A DNA stretch of 64,000 nucleotides from Prasinococcaceae sp. CCMP 1430 (GCA_013416795.1 RQSC01000029.1:385124-449123); one strand, 5' to 3'. Counted from the first letter of the stretch, positions 34,801 to 45,942 are shown. Program-made: numbers and translations. The notes: generated by a model from the letters alone, not told the origin.

Positions 34801-36192
34801 GGTGCTGACCCTGGCCAACCGGCCGGCGAGGAGGTTGGCACCACCCCTGCGGACCTCGCTGCGGCCCAAGGGCATGGTGGCATTGCCGCATACCTCGCCG
34901 AGGCGGCGCTGAACCAGTCGCTTGGCGCGCTCCATCTCAGCAAGGCGGACATTTCGAAGACAGCGCAGCGAAGCGCCGGAGCGGGCGTGGGCAGGAGCAA
35001 GTCACGGGCAAAGTCTGCCTCGGTACCGACGGCAGATCACGGCGGCAAGTCGGATGGAAACGAGCAGTACTACCAGGCAAGCCGCAGGCGCTCCCTGCAC
35101 CACAGGAGAGTCAACAGCCGCGGCTTGCAGGGCGCCATGGCGGAGAGCGGGGCGGTCGGGACGGATGGGCACCCGGACGGCCATGCGGGCGGGGGCGGGG
35201 ATGCAAGTGGAGGCCAGGCGGAAGCCGACGCCGAGGCTGCACCTGCGACGCGCAAGCGTGGTCGCGGTCGCGCCACAGACGAGAGCGGGACGGACAACAA
35301 CGGTGGCCTCAGCCGCGGCATGCGCGCGGCGGCGGCTGTCGCGGGCATGCGTGCCGCGACAGCGACCCGTGGCACGGTCTCGCGCCCAGAGGACAGAGAA
35401 GATATCGAATCGGAGGTCGAGGCGTTGAACGCCGCTGCCGCCGCGGAGAGGGCCGCGCAGACCATACAGAGTGCCTTCCGCACGTTCCGCATGCACCGGC
35501 AGCGCCGCAAGCGCCGCCCGCGCTACAGCGGCAACCATGGTGGAGCGGGGCAAGGCCCTGCTGACAAGAGCGCCTGGTCCGACGGAGACGAGGGCGATAT
35601 TAAGGATGCTCCGCAGGCAGCGCGAACCATCCAGCAGGCGTACCGCTTGCACAGGCAACGCCGGCAGCGGCGCGTTCGGCGCGCCCACTCGGCGGTCGCC
35701 AGTGGTGACGCGCTGGGTTCCAGCGCGAAAGTGGACGGCGACATCGGTGGCTCCGCGAACGACCCGCCTGCCGTACCTGCCGCACCGGCTGATGCACAGG
35801 TCGCACCGTCGTCGTTCGGCGGCGCATCGCTGGGCGCTGATGGCGTCAATCCTAGGCTGGCTGCTGTTGGAGGGGGCGCCGCTGCCGCGATGGCCGCCCG
35901 TGCAGCCTCGGCAGGGGGCGACATGGCGCAGGCGGCCGCTGCGGCGGCCGTCGCCGCAAGCGCTCACAACTCGGGCGCGCGGCTGGCCATGCTCGACCGC
36001 GCGGTGACCCGAGTGCAGGCCATCGTGCGCAGCCGGCAGGCGCGCACGCAGTACCTACGCCTGCGCGGGGCCGTGGTGCAGCTCCAGGGCGCGCTGCGGC
36101 AGAGGGCGCTTCAGAAGCGACGCAAGGTCGTGCAGGGCGACAGCGACAGCGAGGAGCGAGACAGCGGCGTCGCCGACAGCGCGAGGCAATAG
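31894..36192 (+). CDS. CAMTA: Calmodulin-binding transcription activator (CG-1 domain, poly-Q, ankyrin repeats, IQ motifs); 5' partial; intronless
   Basis: CG-1: RWLKTNEV, FRKDGHCWRKKKDGRTVKETHEKLKVG, CYYAH, FQRRCYWLL, LVHYL. Ankyrin GCAPLHWAAAYG, TTPADLA. IQ motifs IQSAFRTFR, IQQAYRLHR, VQAIVRSRQAR. Confidence 0.95.
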   Translation, partial: AARGAHGAGAGAGAAAGPAVPTALAPCASAEERANRVRHLLGTEAPKRWLKTNEVFEVLVHWSEAAWPLSAKMPAAPQSGAVHIYDRRATRGFRKDGHCWRKKKDGRTVKETHEKLKVGAVEKLNCYYAHSEHMLFQRRCYWLLAKEDLPESDAAGAPLPQQGPESLVLVHYLMVTEDALGPKHKKREGALGSAGMGAPKTEAQAKSKLSKKKAQTEAPPFGAARHASKPLPDLPPHPGRRAMEGRVVGRGGSVAQADGRAPSSMAQQIGNATIYPAHQQYQYPQNLMHHLQQQANGHGEMDEAQQRVFQYQQQQQAYVLQQQQYLQQQQHLLQQHHGHMQVQLQQQQLQRREQQLEDRQQERRQHSSHLQLQQEELEGGQGGRVAPGQVQSLHAQEGYQPLPTHFEGGDAEQAAHQAEGIHGATQMSGPPYMWSADIVDTVQDAMMNTESFDDVDFLLNSIMDAPASPAGGVSVAPAVNDHVVELDMAAAEAAAANAFENHAAEQPLDAAPLVAEAAAAAATARVMAAQAEIVDTPLEYTEQYAKGYAEQYAAEQYAEQFAEPFAPPSASDGGAQPSSAPEADREGDSESESAATDTNKLPLPLPPPSQRVYHGGRSGSRRLGMMHMREREVWQQSKLVIDLLAAMQAAISEEPDWRTAAKEAKAVIGELTASRPKATAGSDSAGSFSSDSARAGASIAALQKISAIDDELQETMERLLSLSAASDSAGHSAEVQNLREVCDRLKAAKGAARAELASLSHSSPSPPSAGKGETSGNRTDSAEHTTGSEDEPRWMESASATSALLPATACRALQLKLIDVILDAGFEQSPRTGKLRDRLDLLSESVLSEVIHGILRRWQALVSEADPKGKGPAGERDGEAEGDAPGDKQGDGEAGVQGTSEVAQRLFSFRGKDGAGALHLASALGDDAAIAAMLRAGAKVDGVDSRGCAPLHWAAAYGREEALALLLAAGADPGQPAGEEVGTTPADLAAAQGHGGIAAYLAEAALNQSLGALHLSKADISKTAQRSAGAGVGRSKSRAKSASVPTADHGGKSDGNEQYYQASRRRSLHHRRVNSRGLQGAMAESGAVGTDGHPDGHAGGGGDASGGQAEADAEAAPATRKRGRGRATDESGTDNNGGLSRGMRAAAAVAGMRAATATRGTVSRPEDREDIESEVEALNAAAAAERAAQTIQSAFRTFRMHRQRRKRRPRYSGNHGGAGQGPADKSAWSDGDEGDIKDAPQAARTIQQAYRLHRQRRQRRVRRAHSAVASGDALGSSAKVDGDIGGSANDPPAVPAAPADAQVAPSSFGGASLGADGVNPRLAAVGGGAAAAMAARAASAGGDMAQAAAAAAVAASAHNSGARLAMLDRAVTRVQAIVRSRQARTQYLRLRGAVVQLQGALRQRALQKRRKVVQGDSDSEERDSGVADSARQ

Positions 36193-36452
36193 GCGCTACA
36201 GTACGTACGCACACACATCGATAATACTCTGACACGCGGCGCTCTCTCTAGTCGTTCCCGTCTTTTGGGCGCGCCTTCAGTTTTTTTTTTTGTTTCCGAG
36301 GATTTTGCTCGCAGCGTAGCGAAGCCTTCGGCCGGTGGGTGTCACAGGGGGCGCTGGGCGCAGCTGCGCCCGCCGCCCCCCCGCCACCGCCAACCCCACC
36401 CCACCCCACCCCACCCCACCCCACCGGCCGCCTCGCCCGCTGCCACGCGGCN

Positions 36453-39400
36453 GGCCGGGCGTGGCGTGGCGACTCGCTGGCGGCGCGCCCGGCCCCGCCA
36501 CCCCCTCCTCCTCCTCCCCCTCCTCCCCCGCCTGACCTCCTGCACAAAGTCTCCAACGACTGGCGCAAGCTTATCGCGCGATCGCAGGACGAGCTGCGCC
36601 ACCTTCTGCGCACGCACGTGCCGGCAGGCGCGCCGATCGCGGTGACGTTCTCGAGCTGGGCGTACCGCCCCTTCCTGTTCAACTGGATCCTGCTGGGACG
36701 CGATGCGCTGCAGTACCCGGTTGTGGTCGCATTCGACGACCCGACTGCGGAGGCTGCGGCCAGGCGCGGCGTGATCACGCTCGCGCTGGACGCGGGCCTG
36801 GAGATGTCCGACTTCCGTGGGAAGCCAATGGTCTTCCACCAGATGGCCGCCGCCAAGTCGGGGCTCGTCGAGCTGATTGTGGAGCTGGACTACCCCTTGC
36901 TGCTCTCTGATACCGATGTCGTCTGGGCCAAGAAGCCCTATGAGCACTTCGAGCTGTATCCGGAGGCCGACGTTCTCATCTCGAACGACTGCGTGTCACC
37001 CAGGGCCGATGAGCAGGCGGCGGCAGCCACGCCAAAGCTCATCGAACTCATGGGCGTGGACGGCGGCAAGAGCAAGCCCCACCACATCTACGAGCAGGCA
37101 CGCAAAATCGCCGGGGCTCAACCGCGCTGTGGTCATTTCCATGGGACACGCAACGAGTTCGGTGTTAATACGGGTATCATCTTCTTCAAGCCCACACCCG
37201 CGACCAAGGCATTTATCCGCACGTGGCACGGCCAGCTGCAGACGGAGGTGGACGCCTACAAGAAAGACGGCACTAAGGTGCCGTACGCGGGCGATCAGAA
37301 GGTCTTCAACGAGCATGCTATGAAGGGCGTCTACCCTGTGCGCTGCTTGCCCAACACAACCACCGGCCGCACTCTGTGGGCGTGGGAGGGCAAGCTCAAG
37401 CTGGCGCCACTGCCCGTTCGCGGGTTTACCAATGGCCCCGTGTTCTTCGTCAACCGCCTGCAGCAGAGCACACACGATGTGCCCTACGCCGCGCATGCGA
37501 CCTTCCAGTTCCAGGGAGCAGCAGGCAAGCGCATGCGCTTCCGTGAGCAGAATCTGTGGGCGCTGGACCTCGAGGACTCCCAATACTACGCGGATGGCTT
37601 CTTCGTCACGTGGGCGCCGCAAGTGCCAGAGGACCTGCTGCTCGAGCCCCGCGGTGAGCAGATCGACTGCAAGCGCGATGCAAAGGACGGCTTCCAGGAG
37701 TGCGACTTGGCGCACGTGGAGGTGGTGGCGCACCACCTCAGGCAAATCCGCGGCGGCATGGCCATCGCGCAGGCGCTCAACCGCACGTCGGTGCTTCCGC
37801 ACGCTCTTTGCTATTGCGATATGTACTGGAATGTCATCACGCCCGCGGGCTGCCGCATGGACGGCTCGGACCTCATACAGCCCTTCGAGTGCCCCTACGA
37901 CAATATCCTGCGCGTGGAGCACTGGGAGCACAACGAAGAGCGCCTGGGCAAGGCGCAGCTGTATCTGCCGCGCCCGCCGGCCTTCCTCAAGTCGCCGCAT
38001 CTCTCGCCCGCCGTGCGCAACAGCCAGCTCACGGTGCGCGTAGTGCCTCACGAGGAGTGGGCGAAGACCTACCCGCGCCAGCGTGTGTGCTTCAAGGCGT
38101 GCGCGGGCGACAGTGACCCGCTGTCACTGTGCATGAGAGACTGCGCGGGTGGTGTCACCATTCCTGAGGGCGCTACAGGTGCACAGCTCAGGCAGATGCT
38201 CGACGGCGCGCGCAGCGCACGCGTGTTGCGTGTGATCGGCGCCGGAAGCGCGCTCGCGACGCCTGGCAAGGACGCCAGCGCCCCCAAGGATTTCAACGAT
38301 GCGATGGCTGAGGTGCTGCCTGCGACGTGGTGCTGCAACAAGGCGGGCACACGAAAGCACAAGCTACCCGAGCCGCTGACAGGAAGGCGCGAGGACGCCA
38401 ACGTGGCGATCGAGGCTGCCCTCAGGGCTCCACTCGACGAGAGCATCCTCGGCTCGGGAGCCAACGCGGGTGCGGCTACCACGGGTGCTGCCGTACAGCC
38501 CGAGGCGGGATCGGCGCTCCCTGTGGCTGCTCTCGGAGGCGATGTGCCACTGGCGGACTACGCTCGCACCGTCGAGCACGACGCTCCGTTGCCGGGCGTG
38601 CCGACGCCAGCGCAAACACTTCGGCCCGAATCCTTCTCGGTGCCCCTGGTCGAAGTCGTGCGTCGTGCGCACAGTGAGTACAGCCATCCGGCGACATTTG
38701 TGGCGTTCGGGACCATTTCCGCCAAGGCGCAAGTGCTTAACTGGGTGGACAACATGTTGCGGCGGAACCTGCTGTCGCATGTGGTCGTCGCGATGGACGA
38801 CCAGCTCCATGCAGCTCTGCTGGCCGCCGGGGTGTCGACGTACCACCTCGACTGCGGTCTGGGCAACGGTGACGTCCGCGGCTCCGAGGAGGGCTTCCGG
38901 CAGCTGGGCATGTGCAAGGTCGCGTTCCTGTACGGCATGCTCGCGCGAGGCGTGCACGTTGTGCTGAGCGACAACGATGCGCTCTGGCTGCGCGACCCCG
39001 TGCCGTACCTGCTCGACCCGAAGTGGACGAGCGCGCATATATTCATCTCCACCGACTGCCTTGGCGCCATTGCAGACGCGGCGATGACAGGGCCCGCTCC
39101 ATCCGAGAAGGATCGCGGTGTTTCTACGGACGGCGGCTCGGAGGTCTCCATGCGCCTCAAGTACGGCGCTGAGGGGGACCTGTCAAAGCTTCCTTGGTAC
39201 GCCCACCCACGCCTGGGCGGCCACGCATGGGAGCGGAACGGCAACATCGTGGAGTCGGCGTTCAACACCGGCATGCTCTTCTTCCGCGCGAGCGCCGAGA
39301 CGCTGCAGTTCGCGCGCGAGTGGGTCGGCGCGATGGACGACGCAATGCAGGCGTTCCGCGCGGGGAAGCAGATGCACGTCCGCGACGACCAGCAGGCTTT

Positions 39401-40637
39401 CAACAACCTGATCCGCGACCACTTCCTCCCGCCCAAGGTCGTCGTGCCGCAAACCACTGCGCGAATATTCCGCGCACATGCCGGCAAGCTCGCCCTTCTT
39501 ATCATGCCGCTTTCGGTGGTGGCAAACGGGCACACGTACTTCGCGCAGCGCTCCTCGCAGGTGGCGGGGCTCGTGCCTTACGGCGTCCACAACACGTACA
39601 ACTTCCACGGCAGCGACGGAAAGGAGACGCGCTTCAGAGAGGCCGGGCTGTGGGCCGACGAGCGAGCGGCGCGCGGCGCGGCGCTCGCGCAAGTCGCCAG
39701 CGGCGCCAGTGCACGCGAGAAGTTCCTCACATGGGCGCCGGGTGTGCCTATTGATGTGCTGGCGCCCGCCGGCAAACAGACCGCGCCCGCGATGGCGCAC
39801 ATGCGCGCTGTCGCCTACCAGCTGCTCAGTATGCGCAACGCCGCGGCGTACGCAAATGTACTGAACCGCACGCTCGTCGTCCCGCCCATGATGTGCTATT
39901 GCGATCGCTACTACAATGTCATCGCCGGCGGGGACAGCCCCGAGAAGGCGTCTTGCCGCGCGCCGGGCTCGGACCTTGTGCTGCCATTCGTGTGCCCCAT
40001 GGACTACCTCATCGACCCGGGATCGCTCGACAAGGCCGGGCTGCGCTGGCGCTCGCACGCCTTCCTCGGCGGCGGCCACACCGGCGGCGATGCTGAGCCT
40101 GGCGCGGCCGCGCTGCAGCGCTCGACGCCACGTAGGCTACCGCAGCGTGAGGTGAGCGTCGCTTTGAATGTCGCCGCAGCTTCCAAGGCCGTCGACGACA
40201 CGCTGGCGCTTTGGGGGATCACTGCGGAGATTCGCGAGCTGCTCGCGGCGAGCGGCGCATTCGCAGAGGGGCCGCTTCTCGCCAGCACTGGCGGCGGCGA
40301 TGGCGGCGGCGGCTTGGTGGGGATGGTGGCGGACGTGCGGATGTCGGAGACGCAGGCACAGGCGGTGGCAAGCGTGGGTGGGGCGGCGGCTGCCGGCCTG
40401 TCCGCTTCTGGAGAAGGCGCCGCGGGCAAGGGCGCCGTCCTCACGGCGCTTCAGACAGCCGCGGACGCAGACGTGCTTGTGCTGAGCTCGGCCGCGACAG
40501 CCGCGTGCGGCGATGACGCAAAGGCTCTGGGCGCGGCCAACGGCGCCGTGCAGGGCATATTCACCTCCATGTGGTGCTGCACGCCCAAGGGCACCATCCC
40601 GCACAACAAGCTGCCCGCGATGGACAGCGCGTGCTGA
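36453..40637 (+). CDS. Tandem two-module GT77 nucleotide-diphospho-sugar transferase (XEG113-like arabinosyltransferase); intronless; 5' end at an N join
   Basis: Two copies of DxD (LLSDTDVVW, LSDNDALW), NTG..FF, DQ..FN, NG..(Y/F)F, H.T(F/Y).F.G...K..R.RE..LW and CYCD...PF.CP.D. Confidence 0.88.
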   Translation, partial: GRAWRGDSLAARPAPPPPPPPPPPPPPDLLHKVSNDWRKLIARSQDELRHLLRTHVPAGAPIAVTFSSWAYRPFLFNWILLGRDALQYPVVVAFDDPTAEAAARRGVITLALDAGLEMSDFRGKPMVFHQMAAAKSGLVELIVELDYPLLLSDTDVVWAKKPYEHFELYPEADVLISNDCVSPRADEQAAAATPKLIELMGVDGGKSKPHHIYEQARKIAGAQPRCGHFHGTRNEFGVNTGIIFFKPTPATKAFIRTWHGQLQTEVDAYKKDGTKVPYAGDQKVFNEHAMKGVYPVRCLPNTTTGRTLWAWEGKLKLAPLPVRGFTNGPVFFVNRLQQSTHDVPYAAHATFQFQGAAGKRMRFREQNLWALDLEDSQYYADGFFVTWAPQVPEDLLLEPRGEQIDCKRDAKDGFQECDLAHVEVVAHHLRQIRGGMAIAQALNRTSVLPHALCYCDMYWNVITPAGCRMDGSDLIQPFECPYDNILRVEHWEHNEERLGKAQLYLPRPPAFLKSPHLSPAVRNSQLTVRVVPHEEWAKTYPRQRVCFKACAGDSDPLSLCMRDCAGGVTIPEGATGAQLRQMLDGARSARVLRVIGAGSALATPGKDASAPKDFNDAMAEVLPATWCCNKAGTRKHKLPEPLTGRREDANVAIEAALRAPLDESILGSGANAGAATTGAAVQPEAGSALPVAALGGDVPLADYARTVEHDAPLPGVPTPAQTLRPESFSVPLVEVVRRAHSEYSHPATFVAFGTISAKAQVLNWVDNMLRRNLLSHVVVAMDDQLHAALLAAGVSTYHLDCGLGNGDVRGSEEGFRQLGMCKVAFLYGMLARGVHVVLSDNDALWLRDPVPYLLDPKWTSAHIFISTDCLGAIADAAMTGPAPSEKDRGVSTDGGSEVSMRLKYGAEGDLSKLPWYAHPRLGGHAWERNGNIVESAFNTGMLFFRASAETLQFAREWVGAMDDAMQAFRAGKQMHVRDDQQAFNNLIRDHFLPPKVVVPQTTARIFRAHAGKLALLIMPLSVVANGHTYFAQRSSQVAGLVPYGVHNTYNFHGSDGKETRFREAGLWADERAARGAALAQVASGASAREKFLTWAPGVPIDVLAPAGKQTAPAMAHMRAVAYQLLSMRNAAAYANVLNRTLVVPPMMCYCDRYYNVIAGGDSPEKASCRAPGSDLVLPFVCPMDYLIDPGSLDKAGLRWRSHAFLGGGHTGGDAEPGAAALQRSTPRRLPQREVSVALNVAAASKAVDDTLALWGITAEIRELLAASGAFAEGPLLASTGGGDGGGGLVGMVADVRMSETQAQAVASVGGAAAAGLSASGEGAAGKGAVLTALQTAADADVLVLSSAATAACGDDAKALGAANGAVQGIFTSMWCCTPKGTIPHNKLPAMDSAC

Positions 40638-40723
40638 AAGGAGCGACGGGCACGCCGCGCGGCGCCAATCGTACGATACGAATCCCAATAAATGTTTCTC
40701 GTTTATTACTCTGGCAGCAGCCA

Positions 40724-43700
40724 TCACCCAGCGAAGGGGCTCTGGCAAAGGGGGCAGGTGCTCTTGCCTGATGAATGGACCCACTTGTACAAGCAGCTCG
40801 AGTGGAACTTGTGCTTGCAGGTCCTGCACTCCATCTTCGGAAGCGCGTTGTTGGTCGCGTGGAGCACGCTGTAGCAGATTGGGCACTCTTCAACTCCGTC
40901 GAACTCGGCGTCGAGGTTCTTCTTCCACATGCGCACCGCCTCCACTACCGCGCCGTCGTGGTTTCGCAAATAGGCCGCGATGCTGAGCAGCCACTTGCGC
41001 AGACGCGCCTTCTCGATGCCCACGTTGCGCTCGCAGCGCGCCTCGAGTGGCAGCAGCGGGTACGAGGCAGGTAGCGCGATGGTCATGTCGAGGGTCGCCT
41101 CGTCTTGCATGTAGGAGGCCGTCACGAGCCTGGAGGCCCGATTCGCCTTGATGCTCAGTTCCCCGCCGAGGCCCTCCGAGGCCCCCGCTGACGCCGACGC
41201 GGACACCGTCTCGAGCTCGGCCTCGATGAGCGCGGGGCTCACGTAGCCGCTCGTGAAGGCCTCGACGGACGTGCGCAACCCGCGCTCGCGCAGGTCTCCA
41301 AACCACTGCCGCGCGGCCGCGGGGAGCACGCGCAGCAACAGCGCGTACAACGCGGCGCTGAGCCGCGCCAAAGCGGCGTCGCGAGCGAGTGCAGCCGACG
41401 CGTCGCCATCGCCACCGGTGGATCCGCAGGCAGGGTCCCGCACATCTCGAGCCTCCACCCTGGCGGCCGTCGTCACACTCTGCATCGCCTGGTCGGTTTC
41501 AGGCGGCAACACCCTGTGTGCAACGAGCGCTGGACCCCACGCGAGCGCAGCATTGACGGCCGCGAGTACGCGCCCGTCACGTGCGGCGTGCGCCGTTAGG
41601 GGTAGCTTGTCGGCGCCGACTTCGCCGGTGCTCCCAGCAGAAGCAGTCCTCGAGTTTGCCGCCACCGCTGCCGCCGCTTCGATGCCCGCTATTCCTTTGG
41701 GCGCCGCGAGCGCCGCGGGCAGATGCTGGAAGATCACGGTGAGCAGCGTTGGTGCGAGCTCTGCGTTGCGCACGTACGTGACGAGCGCCAGGCGCTCAGG
41801 ACTCTCAGGCAGACACAGCGCTGCTCGCTGCAGCAACAGCGCCCACGCCAGAAGGTACCCAGGTCGCAGTGGCGACGATGCGCCAGCGGCGAGTAGCCTG
41901 TTGCTATCGGCCTCGAGCGCGGCCGCCAGCCGCGGCTGCAAACGCGCAACGGTTGCCGGCTCAGAACCGCTGCCTTCCACGCCAAGCGTGGACGCATCCA
42001 GCTGGTCCTCGTCTTCATCCTCGTCAGAGTCCTCATCCTCGGGCACACGCACGGCTGTGGCCTGCATGGGATCCTTGCAAAGCAACGAGTACGCCGCGCG
42101 CTGCAATTGCACATGGGGCCGCGGCGAGAGCATGAGCATGAGCATCGCTGGCGCCATCTCAACGCCCTCGTCGGCAGAGGCCACCAGCTCGGCGATCTCA
42201 CATGCGTCCTCCACGGCATCGTTCGGTGCATCGGCAGCAACCTCAGCCACAGCTTGCCACAGTGCTGCATCACCCGCGCGATGGCGAGCAGAGCAGACAA
42301 TTTGTGCCGCTGCGGTGCCGCCGCCCTCGCCCTCCTCGGCAGCAGCCTCCGCCGAGCCCGCGCCAACCACCAAGCGCAGCAACGCCGCCCATACCTCCTC
42401 AGTGATCGCGTCGGCGCCCGCGTGCTTATACACTGCTGCAGCTGTGCGTGCCGCGGCCACCGCGCACGCGTCGAATGGTTCGCGCCAACCCACCGAAGTG
42501 GCATCCATGCGGGCGCCCGCCGCCTCTTCCTCAACGGCGACGCCGGCAGGCTTGAGCCAGGCTTCGCACTGTCTCATTGCCTCTGACTGCTCCGACTCAC
42601 CCAGGCGGTGCCACGCGTGTGTGCATGCGATATGCCACGCTTGCGCGACCGCCGCCTCGCCACTACTGCCGCTGCTGCGATCCCCACTGTAGTCATCGCT
42701 ACTGCTGTCCTCGCCACCCGCGTCCTCTGCGGACGCGGCAGCAGCGTCGGCGGCGCGCGCCTTGCGCATTGCGGCGGCCAGCTCCGCCAAGGCATCGCGT
42801 TCGATGTCGCCTACCCGCCCATCTGCACGCTCGTCGGGGACGGGCGCACATGCGAGGCGCAAGGCCGCTGCGCTGTGCTCCGCGGCCAGCCCGTGCCTTC
42901 GGACAGCTTCCACTGCCGCCCCACACCAGCGCGCGGTGAGCTCCTCCAGTCCACCAAAGTCAACCTCGTCGTCGCTATCACCGCGCACATCGCTCGCACG
43001 CGACACTGGCCTGCGAATGACGCCGGCGAGCGGCACCACGAGCGTGCCCACGGTCTCAGCACCGAGAACTTCTTCGTGGTCAAGCACGTGCTCGAGCACG
43101 CTAATCGCAGCGTCTGCATCCCACCCGGGCGCCTGCGCAGCGGCGTGAAGCAACGCTCGCAACCCACATGTCACATCATCGGGCCGCGCATGGGTGCTGG
43201 TCTGCAATATGAGGCGCGACGAGAGGCGGGCGACGAGATTGGGCGTTGCATCCTCACCCACACGCACATCGACCAGCACTGTCTCCATGCAGGCCTCGTT
43301 CCCACTCACGAGCAATTGGGCGGCGAGCCAGAGGCCGTTGCCATGCTCGCACCACAACAGCGTGTCGGCGCCGAGCAGTCCAACCAGATGGCGAGCGCAC
43401 ACGAGCGCGGCTTCGCCCATGCTGCCCGCGCCTTCGCCCAACACGGCCGCCGCCAGCAGGCGCCTCGATGGAGCATCAGTGCAGGCGATAGTCGCGGCTA
43501 TCCACGCGCGGTCTGCTATGTCGATGGGCGATAGCACCCGGTCATCACCAGCATCGCCGCGAGCTGCAAGCAGCGCACCGTGCAGCTCAGCGCCCACGCG
43601 CTGAATGGCACTCGCCTGAGCACCAGCGGGCGCAGGCGCCGTCGCATTGCCCTCGCGCACACCCAGCGACTCGAGCAGGTCGGCATCCCCCCAGCACGCG

Positions 43701-45869
43701 CGTGTGAATGCGCATATGAGACCCTCGTACGCCTCGACTAGCTCGTCGCTTGAGACGCGGCCAGCAGCACCGCGCGCGAGCACCCGCGCTGCGCACTTGG
43801 CCGCCCGGTGTGCTAGCTCCTCTGACCCCGGGTCACCCGACTCATGGTCGTGCACGCTGCTGAGTGCCACGAGCGACGCCGCGTACGCGCCATCGGACAG
43901 GAATCCTGGCTCCGTCGCCGCGATCGCAACAAAGTCGAGGTCACCCGATGCGCCTGCGCGCTCCGCGCTCGCCTCGCGCTCGGCCGCAGGAAGCATCGCC
44001 CACGCCTTAACCAGAGCGGAGACAAGCCCGCCCTCCGTCGCACCTGCATCTCCCGACTCCTCCAGCCAATGCTGCCTGCGCGCCGCGAGCGCGGCCACGA
44101 GCGGCCGGCCGAGGTGCTCGGCAGCCCACGTTCCCACAGCGCCGCGCGAGCCGGGCCCGGCGCCGCCCTCACCCGTGCCATCAGCTCCGACGTCGGAGAT
44201 GGCCTGCACGAGTGTCGCCAGCGCCTCCGCGGGGACGGTGGCGATGCCTGCCACCACAGCCTGCGCGGCAGCGGCGAGCGCCGCAGCCGCGCGCGAGGCG
44301 CGCGAAGCAGCGAGCGAGCAGAGCGCATGCGCGATGGCCTGCGCGGCCGGACGGGCGCCCCCGGGGGCACGTGAGCCCTCGCCCTCGCCAAGCAGTGCCA
44401 TGCAGCCGCTCGTGAAGCGGTCGATGAGCACGTCCTGCGTGAGCGTATCCGCCTCCGCAGCGCTCGACGCGAATTTCGTCTCCGCGTGTGCCGCACAGTA
44501 CGCCGCGACCTCGCCGGCACCCTTGAGCAGAGCGAGGCGCTGCTTGGCCCCGCGCGCTTGAAGCGCGGCATCCATTGCAACCTCGACGAGCGCATCCGCA
44601 AGACCGACGTTGGCAGCCACCTCGGGTGGAGTGAGCGCGAGCAGCGGCAGCAGGCACGGCGCGATTGCGGCGCACGCCAGGCCGGTGGCGTCGCCCGCGG
44701 CCGAGAGCACACTCCGTCTCAGCCGGGGCAGGACGGCCTTGCGCGCGTCCAGCGCGCCCCACGCCGCCGGAAAGCGCTTAATGTACATCAGGAGCATCGC
44801 CCAGAGCTCGCTCTGCGCGGTGGGTTCAGTGTCGCCGAGCGCGCCGAAGATCGCCTTCGCGGACCGCTCCGGCCGAACGAGGTCGACGAGGGCGTCCACG
44901 CCCGAGCCTCCGGCCTCGGCCTCGTTCGCGTCTCCCACGACGCCGCAGAGCTTGAGCACCAGCGCGTACGCCGCGCGGCGCACGGAGGCTTGCTTCGAGG
45001 CAAGCATCGCTGCCAGCGTGGTTCTTTCCGCCTTGCCCCCGACGAGCGCGTCGGCCACGCGCACGAGGGCGTCCCCCGCCGCCGTGCGAACCTTGTCGCC
45101 GAGGCCGGCATCTTCCACGCGCGCCGCGGCCGCGGCAGCCGCGAGGTCGCCGAGAGCGGCCAGCGCGGCGGCATGTGCCCGCGCAAGCCGGTCGGCCGCC
45201 TCCTCGGGTGAGGCAGATCGCATGTCGCTCAGCGTGGCGGCGGTGTGCGCGAGGTACGCTGCCATCGCGTCGACCACCGCCGCGCGGTGCGCAACCGCAC
45301 CCGCGAGCCGCCTCTTCTCGTCGCTGAGCGCCGTGCGCCACGCCGCGTCCGCCGCAGCAGCGCACTCCGCGAAGGGGTCGAAGCGCGCCAGCCACCACGC
45401 GCCCACGAGCGGGCGCATGTGGGGCGCGAGGCCCCTCCCCGCGCCGCGGACGAGCACGCCGAGCGCACGGGCCGCCGCTGCCCGCACCTTCTTGCTCGCG
45501 TCGAGCGCGAGGCGGTTGTACGCGTAGGTCCACGCGGGCAGCAGCGCGGCAGCATCGACGGTGGCGGTCCCCTCACCACCTTCCGCGCGCGCCACAAGCG
45601 CTGCGAGTGCCTTGAGCTTCGTCGTCTCATCGCGCTTAGTGAGGCGGCGCAGTGCGGCAGCGCACTCCGGATCCACCTCGCCGCCGACGAGCCGCGCGTC
45701 CAGGCCCCCCGCGCCGCCAGTGTCGCTGCCCGCGTCACCCCCGGCTCCTCCAGGGGCTTCCGACGCCGCTCCCACTCGCTGCGACCCGACGAAGCCGCCG
45801 AAGCCCACCGAGGCCACTGCGCTGCCGCCCGCGCCGCCCGCGGCGGCCGCCGCAGCGCTCGCCCCCTGC
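40724..45869 (-). CDS. LTN1: E3 ubiquitin ligase listerin (ribosome quality control); intronless; start in gap
   Basis: N-domain GFGGF...LRRLTKRDETTKLKAL; RWD region; C-terminal RING CPICYSVLH...CRTCKHKFHSSCLYKW...CPLCQSPF. Confidence 0.95.
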
Positions 45870-45942
45870 NNNNNNNNNNNNNNNNNNNNNNNNNNNNNNN
45901 NNNNNNNNNNNNNNNNNNNNNNNNNNNNNNNNNNNNNNNNNN
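45870..45942. other. Assembly gap (N run)
   Basis: 73 N between divergent LTN1 and the ABCC fragment. Confidence 0.99.
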
